A stretch of 64,000 nucleotides of DNA from NCBI GenBank assembly GCA_000146465.1, contig CP001945.1. One strand, written 5' to 3'. Positions within the stretch are counted from its first letter, which is position 1. The number at the start of each line of letters is the position of its first letter. Positions 1 through 8,051 of this stretch are shown here, piece after piece. The notes beneath the pieces were generated by a model. It was not told where the DNA came from, did not search any database, and saw only the letters and a list, made by a program, of their open reading frames with translations. Made by a program: the position numbers and the translations under genes.

Positions 1-1631
1 AGAGACCCATTGTATCGCCCCCTTATTGGATTTGCCGCTGCTATCACGCTACATCTTGCATGCAATGTTGCAACAATTCCTGCCTTCGAAATCGAGATCG
101 ACTGTTGCTCCATCGCCTCGTGTATACTAGTTCTGTCATGCTCATTCATTTTGTCAAACTCATCAATAAGGCACACTCCTTTATCTGCTAGCACTAGTGC
201 CCCTCCCTCGAGTGTCCATTCCTTTACAACCGGATCCTTCCGAACAGATGCCGTCAGCCCAACACTCGAAGCTCCCTGCCCTGTAGCCAGCACTGCTCGG
301 TGCGATGTATTTTCCACATATCGGAGAAACTGAGACTTGGCCATTCCAGGATCTCCAAGAAGAAGGACATTAATGTCTCCCCGGATCCTGTGGCTTGTAC
401 TTTCCTTAGGAACCCCTCCAAGCATAGCTAATGCGATGGCTCTCTTCACCTCTTCGTGTCCATACACCGATGGAGCTATCGAATTAATTATTATTTTCTT
501 GATTTCCGGATGTCTTCCCATCTTCCTGATCTCCCTGATATCATCTTCAGTCATCTCGATCTTCCCAACTCTTTTACTAACAGAACTTGCCTCAATCACT
601 GTGAAAAACACAGGAAATCCATTCTTTATGTTCAAGGACACATTGAAGTTGTTTTTGTATATCCCAACAATCTCAACCTCTTCTCCAGGCTTCGCACAAT
701 CAATTAGATCATAGAAAAGCAGCACCTCCTTCGATCGAGGAAGAGACCCTGGCGGGACACTCCCAGGAATCTCCTGGATTGTTAACTTCTGGAAGTCCTT
801 GTAAATGGTCTCCGAGGTACTAACAGTAAAAGGCCCTTTCGACTGGCATTCAAAGCAATGTGTAGGCTTAAATGATGATGCCACAAATGGCCCAAACACA
901 GACTTGCACTTAAGGCAGCTAAACTTCACAATAGAGTAAAGCGGAAATACACCGCTTCTTCGTGTGACCACACCGTTTACCCTCACCAGCTTTCCAAGGT
1001 GGCTATTCCTCAGTGAGCGGATACTATCGCTCACTGGAAGATCAACAACTCTTGCATGCACCTTTGGCTTTATGAGATGGTAGTTTGGAAAATGCATCCT
1101 CACCACCTCGGATAAAGCTTGGTCCATCACCTCAATCGTCATCTCTGCATGCTGGTTAAGGAGCTTCAGGAGATCTGTAGATTCCTCTTCAATATCCAAA
1201 TAGCTCACCTCTATGCTCTCAAGATTCTCCGAGCACATCTTCCGAATCCTTCCAATGTACTTCTTATTTCGGAACTCATTGAAAAAACGAACAAATTTCC
1301 TGGTAAGCTTGACCCGGAAAAAGCCTTGCTCAAAAAAATCCTTTGTAATCTCGTCAGCCTTAAATATGTCCTCGGCGTCGTACTCGTTCCCAGAATCTCC
1401 TTCTCTCCTTGCCTTGTTTTCCTCAGACTTCATACTTGAAATCTCCTGTCCTATGAGGTCTTCAATATCAGAATGCTGCATAACCTCGCTTTCCTCAAGC
1501 TCCGAAGACTCATATAATTCCTCTTTTATCTCATCTATTTCAGAGCTCTCAAGCTCCTTTACCATCCTCATCCCCACTTCTCGTCCCTCTCCAGACGTGC
1601 TCTCGTCCTCTTCAAGCCTTCTTTTCACCAT
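1..1631 (-). CDS. MCM2: MCM-family DNA replication licensing factor (MCM2-like); N-terminus at 1631, C-terminal part runs off the window start
   Basis: Not in the ORF track because there is no stop in the window. My reverse-strand translation from the ATG (complement of 1629-1631) is continuous. It shows a C4 zinc finger (CLKCKSVFGPFVASSFKPTHCFECQSKG), Walker A GDINVLLLGDPGMAKSQFLRYVE, and the block IDEFDKMNEHDRTSIHEAMEQQSISISKAGIVATLHARCSVIAAANP, which is closest to MCM2. Confidence 0.75.
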   Translation of the reverse strand, partial: MVKRRLEEDESTSGEGREVGMRMVKELESSEIDEIKEELYESSELEESEVMQHSDIEDLIGQEISSMKSEENKARREGDSGNEYDAEDIFKADEITKDFFEQGFFRVKLTRKFVRFFNEFRNKKYIGRIRKMCSENLESIEVSYLDIEEESTDLLKLLNQHAEMTIEVMDQALSEVVRMHFPNYHLIKPKVHARVVDLPVSDSIRSLRNSHLGKLVRVNGVVTRRSGVFPLYSIVKFSCLKCKSVFGPFVASSFKPTHCFECQSKGPFTVSTSETIYKDFQKLTIQEIPGSVPPGSLPRSKEVLLFYDLIDCAKPGEEVEIVGIYKNNFNVSLNIKNGFPVFFTVIEASSVSKRVGKIEMTEDDIREIRKMGRHPEIKKIIINSIAPSVYGHEEVKRAIALAMLGGVPKESTSHRIRGDINVLLLGDPGMAKSQFLRYVENTSHRAVLATGQGASSVGLTASVRKDPVVKEWTLEGGALVLADKGVCLIDEFDKMNEHDRTSIHEAMEQQSISISKAGIVATLHARCSVIAAANPIRGRYNGS

Positions 1632-1713
1632 TCCAGGGGAAGCCTTAAGCCCCAAATAAAGATGCCGTTGGAAAAAGGAAAGTACTTTATTACAGATCCA
1701 CATCCCATAAAGA

Positions 1714-2520
1714 TTATGCTTCTTTTTTGCTCAGCAGACTGTTTGCATACTCTTTCAGACGGAGAATAGACTCCTCGTCTCCAAGCTCAGATACAAGAAA
1801 TTCACTACAGAAACCCATTATGTATACATACCCTAGCTCCACCTCCATCCCCGTGGCTTTCACCATGAGAAGATCAAATATACTACCATACACATCCTCG
1901 ATCTTGTAGTCGTCTATTCTTTTTTGCCCCAGAATCCCTTCAGACAGATTCATTCTGTCTTTCAGTCGGCTGTCTTTTGCAAGAAATGAGCTTCCAACCC
2001 CCTTCACCTGCTTATTTACAAACTCCACGGTCCTCCGGAGCTCTGCCATCCTGCTAACCAGGATCTGCGGATCCTCAATGTATCTTGTATAGGGATCAAC
2101 AAGCATCCGTGTTAGATCAATCGGCTCTGTTGTGTAGTAATACAGATACCGGAGGTTATTAAAATTCTGTCTTTGCACCTCTTGATCCACCCTGTCTATC
2201 AATATTGCTATTCCCTTGATAAGGACCAGAGTACATTCAAGATAGAATCTTTCGTCATAAAACTCTTTTTTACAGAACTCATGCAGCAGTTCCTCCACCT
2301 CCGGGAGATTCAGGTCAGAAGATCCCTCGGAAAGTGCCCTTCCTATCACAAGATCAAGAAAAATTGGTTCAAACCTCTCGTAATATGAAATGTCCTCTAA
2401 ATACACTTTTACAGGCACATTTCTTTGCTTTTCATAAACATCCACATACTCCCTTATGAACTCCACAGGGTCGGAAAACTCCTTCATAACTTCCTCCTGC
2501 TCCGTCAGGCTAAGCTTCAT
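1714..2520 (-). CDS. hypothetical protein, 268 aa, helical; possibly a PCI-type scaffold subunit
   Basis: Clean ORF with an ATG at 2520 (cat on the plus strand). There are no diagnostic motifs, so the function is not supported. Confidence 0.45.
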   Translation of the reverse strand: MKLSLTEQEEVMKEFSDPVEFIREYVDVYEKQRNVPVKVYLEDISYYERFEPIFLDLVIGRALSEGSSDLNLPEVEELLHEFCKKEFYDERFYLECTLVLIKGIAILIDRVDQEVQRQNFNNLRYLYYYTTEPIDLTRMLVDPYTRYIEDPQILVSRMAELRRTVEFVNKQVKGVGSSFLAKDSRLKDRMNLSEGILGQKRIDDYKIEDVYGSIFDLLMVKATGMEVELGYVYIMGFCSEFLVSELGDEESILRLKEYANSLLSKKEA

Positions 2521-2606
2521 AACAAACTGATGGGTCCTTGGAAGAAACTTTTATGCTCTACATCATCTGCTCTGGTCGTTAAAAATATTTTCGTCTCCAA
2601 GCCTTA

Positions 2607-4664
2607 ATGGAGAAAGAGAACATTCCGGACAGGACAACTGCCTCAAACATGGGGGATGCCTCCATCTCCCCGAGTCTTCTTGAGCCCTCAGAGCCGGGGT
2701 GCTGTCCCTTCGATGTGTTCACACCCGAGGCCCTAGTAAGCAGATTCAAAACATATGACGACTGCACTGAAGATATCATCAAGCTTATCAGATCGGTCCA
2801 TGTCTGCCAGAACAAAATAAAGAAGCTGTGCCGTGTCTTCGACTCACTGTCCAACTATGACACCGGCTTGATAGTTAACCTTACAAGGGATGGAAATCGA
2901 ATGCTGAGATATGTGTCGACGTATCTGATGCTCAATAAGATAAAGCAGTGGGTTATAGATGGAAGGGGATTTGAAGTGGTGGAGGCTATGTACGATGAGG
3001 TGTTTCTGGTTAGGTTCCGAGATGTGGATTTCAATATAAGGGCTGCTTGTGTTGAGTTTATGTGTGAGTGGATTATCTCTGCCCCTGGGATCTTCAATCT
3101 GCCCTGCTACCTGAAGTACATTGGATGGGCTCTCAGTGACAAAAACGATAGTGTTAGGAGAAAAGGGATAAGCTCATGCACGAGACTTGTACGGAAGAAG
3201 ATCAATGTCCAGGGGTTTGTATCTCGTTTTAAGAGTAGGATAATAGAGCTATCTCTATACGATAGGAGTCCTGCATTAAGGGACGAAGGAAAAGCACTCT
3301 GTATGGAGCTGTATATTGGAGGGATGGTCTCTAAGGATGATGTATACAAAGTTCTAAGGTCCATGAACGAAGGAGATAAGAAAGGATTGATGAGCTCTAC
3401 CATCAGAAAGATACTTGGAACAGAGGAACCAAGTGATAGAAGTCTCTTGGAGAATCACGAGGGCTTGCATGAACTACTTTCAAACACGTCTTTATTTATT
3501 TGCTCATGCATTCCTCACAGTGGAAAAGATGTTGAAGGATTCATAGACTTTATTTTGGACTTCCTACGCACAAAAAACTCTTGCTGCCAATCAAAGAGCC
3601 TGTGTTACCTAAGAATCCTCGGAGTTCTCTCTGGCTCGGGGGTGGATGTTGAGAAATATCACAGAATCTTTGAGATAGTCAAGGACAGTAGAGAAAACAC
3701 GGCACAAACTGTGGAAGCTATCTCAAAAGTTGATCCAGAGGTGTTTAGGAGGCATCCAGATGCTACCAATAGGCTTCTGGAGGCAATGAAAGATCTTCTG
3801 GCCCAGTACAAATGTGAAGAGATGTTTTCAAGGTTTGTACATCTCTTGAAGAAGCTTGAGAAGGACTTTCCAGCCTTTGTTCACCGAGTTGTGGAATCAC
3901 TTAAATCCTCCTGTGTAGAGTTTGTGCATTGCGCAATCAAGTCGTTTGACATATCGGAAAGCGTGGAAAACAACTTTCCATCAGAGATCAAATGCTATGC
4001 TGCACTATGGAAGATAATGTCCGAGGACTACGAAAGAGTCAACGGATATGAGTTCAAGAAAATCGGCAATCTTTCTGTACTTTGTGACTTTCTCCTTTTC
4101 TTTAGAGAGAAATGCATTGAATTTGGAGTAGTGAACCGGAGTGTTGAAAGAGCTTCTGACCAGGGGGAATGTTTCAAGATAATGTATGATCGTCTCTCTG
4201 TTCTTATTCATTCACAAGCAGAAGATGTTTTTACAGACCAAAAAGGATGCATTTCGTTGTTCAAGCTTGTTGATGGAGGCCTTTTTGTTGACTACTCGAG
4301 TATTATATTCAGGACTTGTAACCTAGAGCTGATCTCAGAGTTTCTGGGCAAGAGTAAGTCAAAGATGAACCTTGTCTCTGGATACTTCAGATATCTTATG
4401 GATGTGGAAGAAAAGGATGTAGACAAGAAGGTCGGAAGACTAGTGGGTTCCAGATGCAGCATGGCAAAGAGAGGGCTTGATACGGAGAAGGTTGTTTTCC
4501 GAGGTATGAAGGAGCTAATCGAACTAAGAAAGGTGTTTCTGTACGATACAGTTCTCATTTACTTTGTTTCTTCCCTAACAGCCAACGAATGCATAATCAT
4601 AGAACAGGGTCTGGAAAAGTCAAGACTTAAGGCATCTTTGCTCCGAAGGATCAGAGAGGGTTGA
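2607..4664 (+). CDS. SCC3: cohesin subunit SCC3/IRR1 (stromal antigen, STAG-like)
   Basis: Stromalin conserved domain-like block VRFRDVDFNIRAACVEFMCEWIISAPGIFNLPCYLKYIGWALSDKNDSVRRKGI, compared with SA/Scc3 RYRDVxPxIRAxCIxEIGxWM...YLKYxGWxLxDxxxxVRL. Long helical-repeat protein of 685 aa with an ATG at 2607. Confidence 0.5.
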   Translation: MEKENIPDRTTASNMGDASISPSLLEPSEPGCCPFDVFTPEALVSRFKTYDDCTEDIIKLIRSVHVCQNKIKKLCRVFDSLSNYDTGLIVNLTRDGNRMLRYVSTYLMLNKIKQWVIDGRGFEVVEAMYDEVFLVRFRDVDFNIRAACVEFMCEWIISAPGIFNLPCYLKYIGWALSDKNDSVRRKGISSCTRLVRKKINVQGFVSRFKSRIIELSLYDRSPALRDEGKALCMELYIGGMVSKDDVYKVLRSMNEGDKKGLMSSTIRKILGTEEPSDRSLLENHEGLHELLSNTSLFICSCIPHSGKDVEGFIDFILDFLRTKNSCCQSKSLCYLRILGVLSGSGVDVEKYHRIFEIVKDSRENTAQTVEAISKVDPEVFRRHPDATNRLLEAMKDLLAQYKCEEMFSRFVHLLKKLEKDFPAFVHRVVESLKSSCVEFVHCAIKSFDISESVENNFPSEIKCYAALWKIMSEDYERVNGYEFKKIGNLSVLCDFLLFFREKCIEFGVVNRSVERASDQGECFKIMYDRLSVLIHSQAEDVFTDQKGCISLFKLVDGGLFVDYSSIIFRTCNLELISEFLGKSKSKMNLVSGYFRYLMDVEEKDVDKKVGRLVGSRCSMAKRGLDTEKVVFRGMKELIELRKVFLYDTVLIYFVSSLTANECIIIEQGLEKSRLKASLLRRIREG

Positions 4665-4689
4665 GATATAATAGGATTCTGTTGCATGA

Positions 4690-5259
4690 ATGATGCATGG
4701 CTGGAAAGTGTTCAAGTATTCAAGAAGAGTGGAAGGAGAAGAAGGAGAGAAGTCGTTTTGTGGGATTGGGTTGGAGGAAATAAGCCGAGTGATACTTCAT
4801 TCAGAAGTTGGTCGGCAAGGGATTATAAAGGAGAGGTGGCTCCATGTGTTCACAGAGGGTAGCAAAACACTAGGGTTGGCTCTGTTGCCATCTATGCTAG
4901 AGGTTCGGGTCTACATCGTCTCTGCCATTAGACAAGAGCTGGTGATACTGGAGAGAATAAAGCTTGAGGAGAAATGGGATATTAGGGTTTGTGTAAGCAA
5001 GAGAGTGATTAGATGTAGATGTAAACAGAGGAAATTTCAAGTCATCTTCTTTAGTAAAGAAGATTCAGAAGACTTTGCAAGTAAGTTTGGGCACTTTTCC
5101 AAGCCCCCTCCTTCAATACCAAAATATTTCCCGTTGATTGGGACATTTGAAGGACTTGATGGAAACGAGAAAAAGGAGAAGAAGACTCCCAAATACAAAA
5201 AGAAGAAGAAAGTTATTGAGGAGTTTTTATCGTTGCTGTTTGAGGCCCTTGGGAACTAA
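4690..5259 (+). CDS. hypothetical lysine-rich ORF, 189 aa, in an otherwise empty 590-bp convergent spacer
   Basis: ATG at 4690 and a Lys-rich C-terminus (KKEKKTPKYKKKKK). It overlaps the 3' end of the PUS1 gene by 4 nt. No homology was recognised, so it may be spurious. Confidence 0.3.
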   Translation: MMHGWKVFKYSRRVEGEEGEKSFCGIGLEEISRVILHSEVGRQGIIKERWLHVFTEGSKTLGLALLPSMLEVRVYIVSAIRQELVILERIKLEEKWDIRVCVSKRVIRCRCKQRKFQVIFFSKEDSEDFASKFGHFSKPPPSIPKYFPLIGTFEGLDGNEKKEKKTPKYKKKKKVIEEFLSLLFEALGN

Positions 5260-6293
5260 CCTATGAACACCATGTTTTCTCTGTGAAACCTTACAGAATC
5301 CAGACATGCAAAAAAGCCAATGAGGTTTTTTCTTTGGTGAATCCTCGGGTAGATGGCATTTCTCTTGTATTCCTCCCGGGCTGCATCATCGACCCCTATG
5401 TCCTCTGTGGTTCCGTCTCCTCTTCTCAACCGGTGGAACGTAGGCTTGTCAAGTAAAAGATATTCAGAAGGTCCTTTTGGAACATGAATGTTCTCTTTGC
5501 TAAACACCATGTCGAACTTTGATTCCACACTATCTCTGGAATACCTACACAATAAAATCCCAAAAAGCATCATCTTTCTAATCTGGTGGAGTAGGAAGCT
5601 CTGGCCGGTAATCGATACCCTCACATATTCTATCCCGTTGTTTACGTATGGATCCGAGACGATGACAGATTTAATGTATCTCTTAGTGCCCTTTTCACTA
5701 TTGAGCTTAGTGAAGTTGTGAAAGTCCTTGGTTCCTGTGTACTTCTGAAGGATGGCTTCAAAGACCCTGAGGTCGTCTTCAGAAGATGTATATCCGACCA
5801 AACTATCAATCATATCGCTTGGATAATCTCTTGTTACTCTTCCATCTCTGCATTCTCCATCCTTCTGCCTCAAAACCTCCACCTCCTTGTCGAAGTCTCC
5901 CTTTGCAAGGAAGAACGTCGGGACAATGTATTCGTAGGCCCGAAAAACAGCCTGCTTGGATGGAATAGTGCTTTTTGTAAGCCTTATGATGTCATATAGA
6001 TGGATCTCCTTTCTAGAAAGAAGGGTTCTAAGTCCAGATATAAGTTCCGGAGTGATGTCGGCCTCTATCTTCACAGAGACGAGGTTGAGTGCAGCATGGA
6101 CGCCCTTATCCGTTCTGGAAGACGATTTGATGTGAACTTTCTTTGGGTCGTCGGCATTTCTTTGGCTGATCACCTCCATCTCAAGAAGGCAACCAATTAT
6201 TTCCTTCTCCACCGTGTCCAGCTCCTTGTTAAACTGCAGCCCGTGGTATTTGCTTCCATCGTATCCCACTAGTAGTCCAGCCCTGACCTTCAT
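5256..6293 (-). CDS. PUS1: tRNA pseudouridine synthase (TruA/Pus1 family)
   Basis: GYDGSKYHGLQ near the N-terminus and RTDKGVHA catalytic-Asp motifs. ATG at 6293. Confidence 0.85.
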   Translation of the reverse strand: MKVRAGLLVGYDGSKYHGLQFNKELDTVEKEIIGCLLEMEVISQRNADDPKKVHIKSSSRTDKGVHAALNLVSVKIEADITPELISGLRTLLSRKEIHLYDIIRLTKSTIPSKQAVFRAYEYIVPTFFLAKGDFDKEVEVLRQKDGECRDGRVTRDYPSDMIDSLVGYTSSEDDLRVFEAILQKYTGTKDFHNFTKLNSEKGTKRYIKSVIVSDPYVNNGIEYVRVSITGQSFLLHQIRKMMLFGILLCRYSRDSVESKFDMVFSKENIHVPKGPSEYLLLDKPTFHRLRRGDGTTEDIGVDDAAREEYKRNAIYPRIHQRKNLIGFFACLDSVRFHRENMVFIG

Positions 6294-6328
6294 TAGGGGA
6301 AGAGAAGGTTGGAGAAAATTTGATCCCT

Positions 6329-8002
6329 ATGCCAACGCTTATAGTAAAGAAGAAAAAAGTCCAGGAACTTCTTCAGAGGGAATTTGACGACCACTGGTTT
6401 GAAAGGACTCTGTTTGACTTTGGGCTGGAGTTGGACGACACTGTGGAAGAAGAAGGAGAATGCATGTACAGGATAGACATCCCAGCCAATAGATATGACC
6501 TTCTTTGCACCGAGGGACTTTGCTATGCATTAAGGGTATTTCTCTCTATGGAAGAGTACGAGGACATAGAAATCGAAGAAGGAAGAGTCTCGGTTTACAA
6601 GTCTGGAGGAAGAGAAAGGCCCTGTGTTGCCTGTGCAATTGTCAGGGGAGTGGACTTCCGGTCGGAGGAAACCTACAGGAGCTTCATCGACTACCAAGAT
6701 AAACTCCATCTAACGATTGGAAGGAACAGAACATTAGTATCAATGGGGACACACGACCTAGACAAGATCCAAGCACCTATTTTTTATAGGAGTGAGACTC
6801 CTGATCGGATTGTGTTCAAGCCTTTGAGCGCAGATAGGAGGATGAGTGCACAGGAACTGAGTTCATACTTTGCTCCAGGGAGTAAGATTGGAAAGTATAT
6901 GAAGCTTATTGAGAAGAATGAAAAGTATCCCTACTTTGAAGATTCCAAGGGAACTGTTTTGTCGTTACCTCCAGTAATAAATTCCGATGCAACAAAGATA
7001 GACCTTGAGACAAAGAACGTGTTTATCGATGTGACAGGAACAGACTTCCACAGAGTCAACACGGCATTGAAACTAATATTGGGATGCTTTCGAGGAAAGA
7101 GGATAGAAAGTGTTGAGATTTTGGATGGAGACGAAAGGATAAGAACACCCATTATGCACAATCACTTGTACACGCTGGAGCTGGATGAGATCAATAGGAG
7201 GCTAGGCTTGGATCTTTCTCTGGAAGTTGCAAAGACTTACATGGAAAGAATGATGCATAAGGCAAGCATTGTTGATGGAAAAACCCTTCAGGTTAAGGTG
7301 CATGATATCAGATCGGACGTTATCCATAAATGTGACTTGATTGAGGACGTAGCTATTGCCCATGGATTCAATAACTTCAAAAGAGAGTTGCCCTTGATCT
7401 CAACTATTGGATCAGAGGATCCTTTGAACAGATTCTCGGACAAACTCCGAATGGAGCTCTCCATCATGGGATTTGATGAGGCTCTGACTCTGACACTATT
7501 ATCCCGGCAGGAGAATATAATTGACGGAGATCTGGCCGTTGTCCTCATGAACCCAAAGTCCATAGGATATGAGGTCTGTAGAACGTCTCTTATTCCAGGC
7601 CTGATGAAGACAGTGGCTTCGAATCTGCACGTGAAAATTCCCTTCAAGCTGTTTGAAGTCTCGGATGTTGTTCTTTTGGATAAAGAAAACCAGAGTGGAG
7701 CAAGAAACTCAAGAAGACTGGCGGCCCTATACTGTGGGCATTCGCCATGTCTTGAAGAGGTCCAGGGCTCTTTATCTCTTCTTCTGGAGAAGTGCGGAGT
7801 TCAGCCGTCGTATACTCCCCACGACGATCCTATAAGGTATCTCAAGAACCAGGGTGCATTTGTAGTTGTAGAGGGCATTCCCATTGGATCGATAGGCGTG
7901 TGCAACCCAGAAATATGCAGAGCTTTCAAGGTTCCGTATGCAGCATCGTTCTTTGAGATAGATGCCGAGAAACTGTTTTCTGTCTACAAAGATATGAATT
8001 AA
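6329..8002 (+). CDS. FRS1: phenylalanyl-tRNA synthetase beta subunit
   Basis: N-terminal MPTLIVKKKKVQELL...FERTLFDFGLELDD...YRIDIPANRYDLLCTEGL is typical of eukaryotic PheRS-beta. The ORF track starts at a TTG at 6320, and the first ATG is at 6329. Confidence 0.85.
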   Translation: MPTLIVKKKKVQELLQREFDDHWFERTLFDFGLELDDTVEEEGECMYRIDIPANRYDLLCTEGLCYALRVFLSMEEYEDIEIEEGRVSVYKSGGRERPCVACAIVRGVDFRSEETYRSFIDYQDKLHLTIGRNRTLVSMGTHDLDKIQAPIFYRSETPDRIVFKPLSADRRMSAQELSSYFAPGSKIGKYMKLIEKNEKYPYFEDSKGTVLSLPPVINSDATKIDLETKNVFIDVTGTDFHRVNTALKLILGCFRGKRIESVEILDGDERIRTPIMHNHLYTLELDEINRRLGLDLSLEVAKTYMERMMHKASIVDGKTLQVKVHDIRSDVIHKCDLIEDVAIAHGFNNFKRELPLISTIGSEDPLNRFSDKLRMELSIMGFDEALTLTLLSRQENIIDGDLAVVLMNPKSIGYEVCRTSLIPGLMKTVASNLHVKIPFKLFEVSDVVLLDKENQSGARNSRRLAALYCGHSPCLEEVQGSLSLLLEKCGVQPSYTPHDDPIRYLKNQGAFVVVEGIPIGSIGVCNPEICRAFKVPYAASFFEIDAEKLFSVYKDMN

Positions 8003-8051
8003 AGGACTAAACAAATAAGGATGAAAGCTTCAGACTCTAATACTTTTAAAT

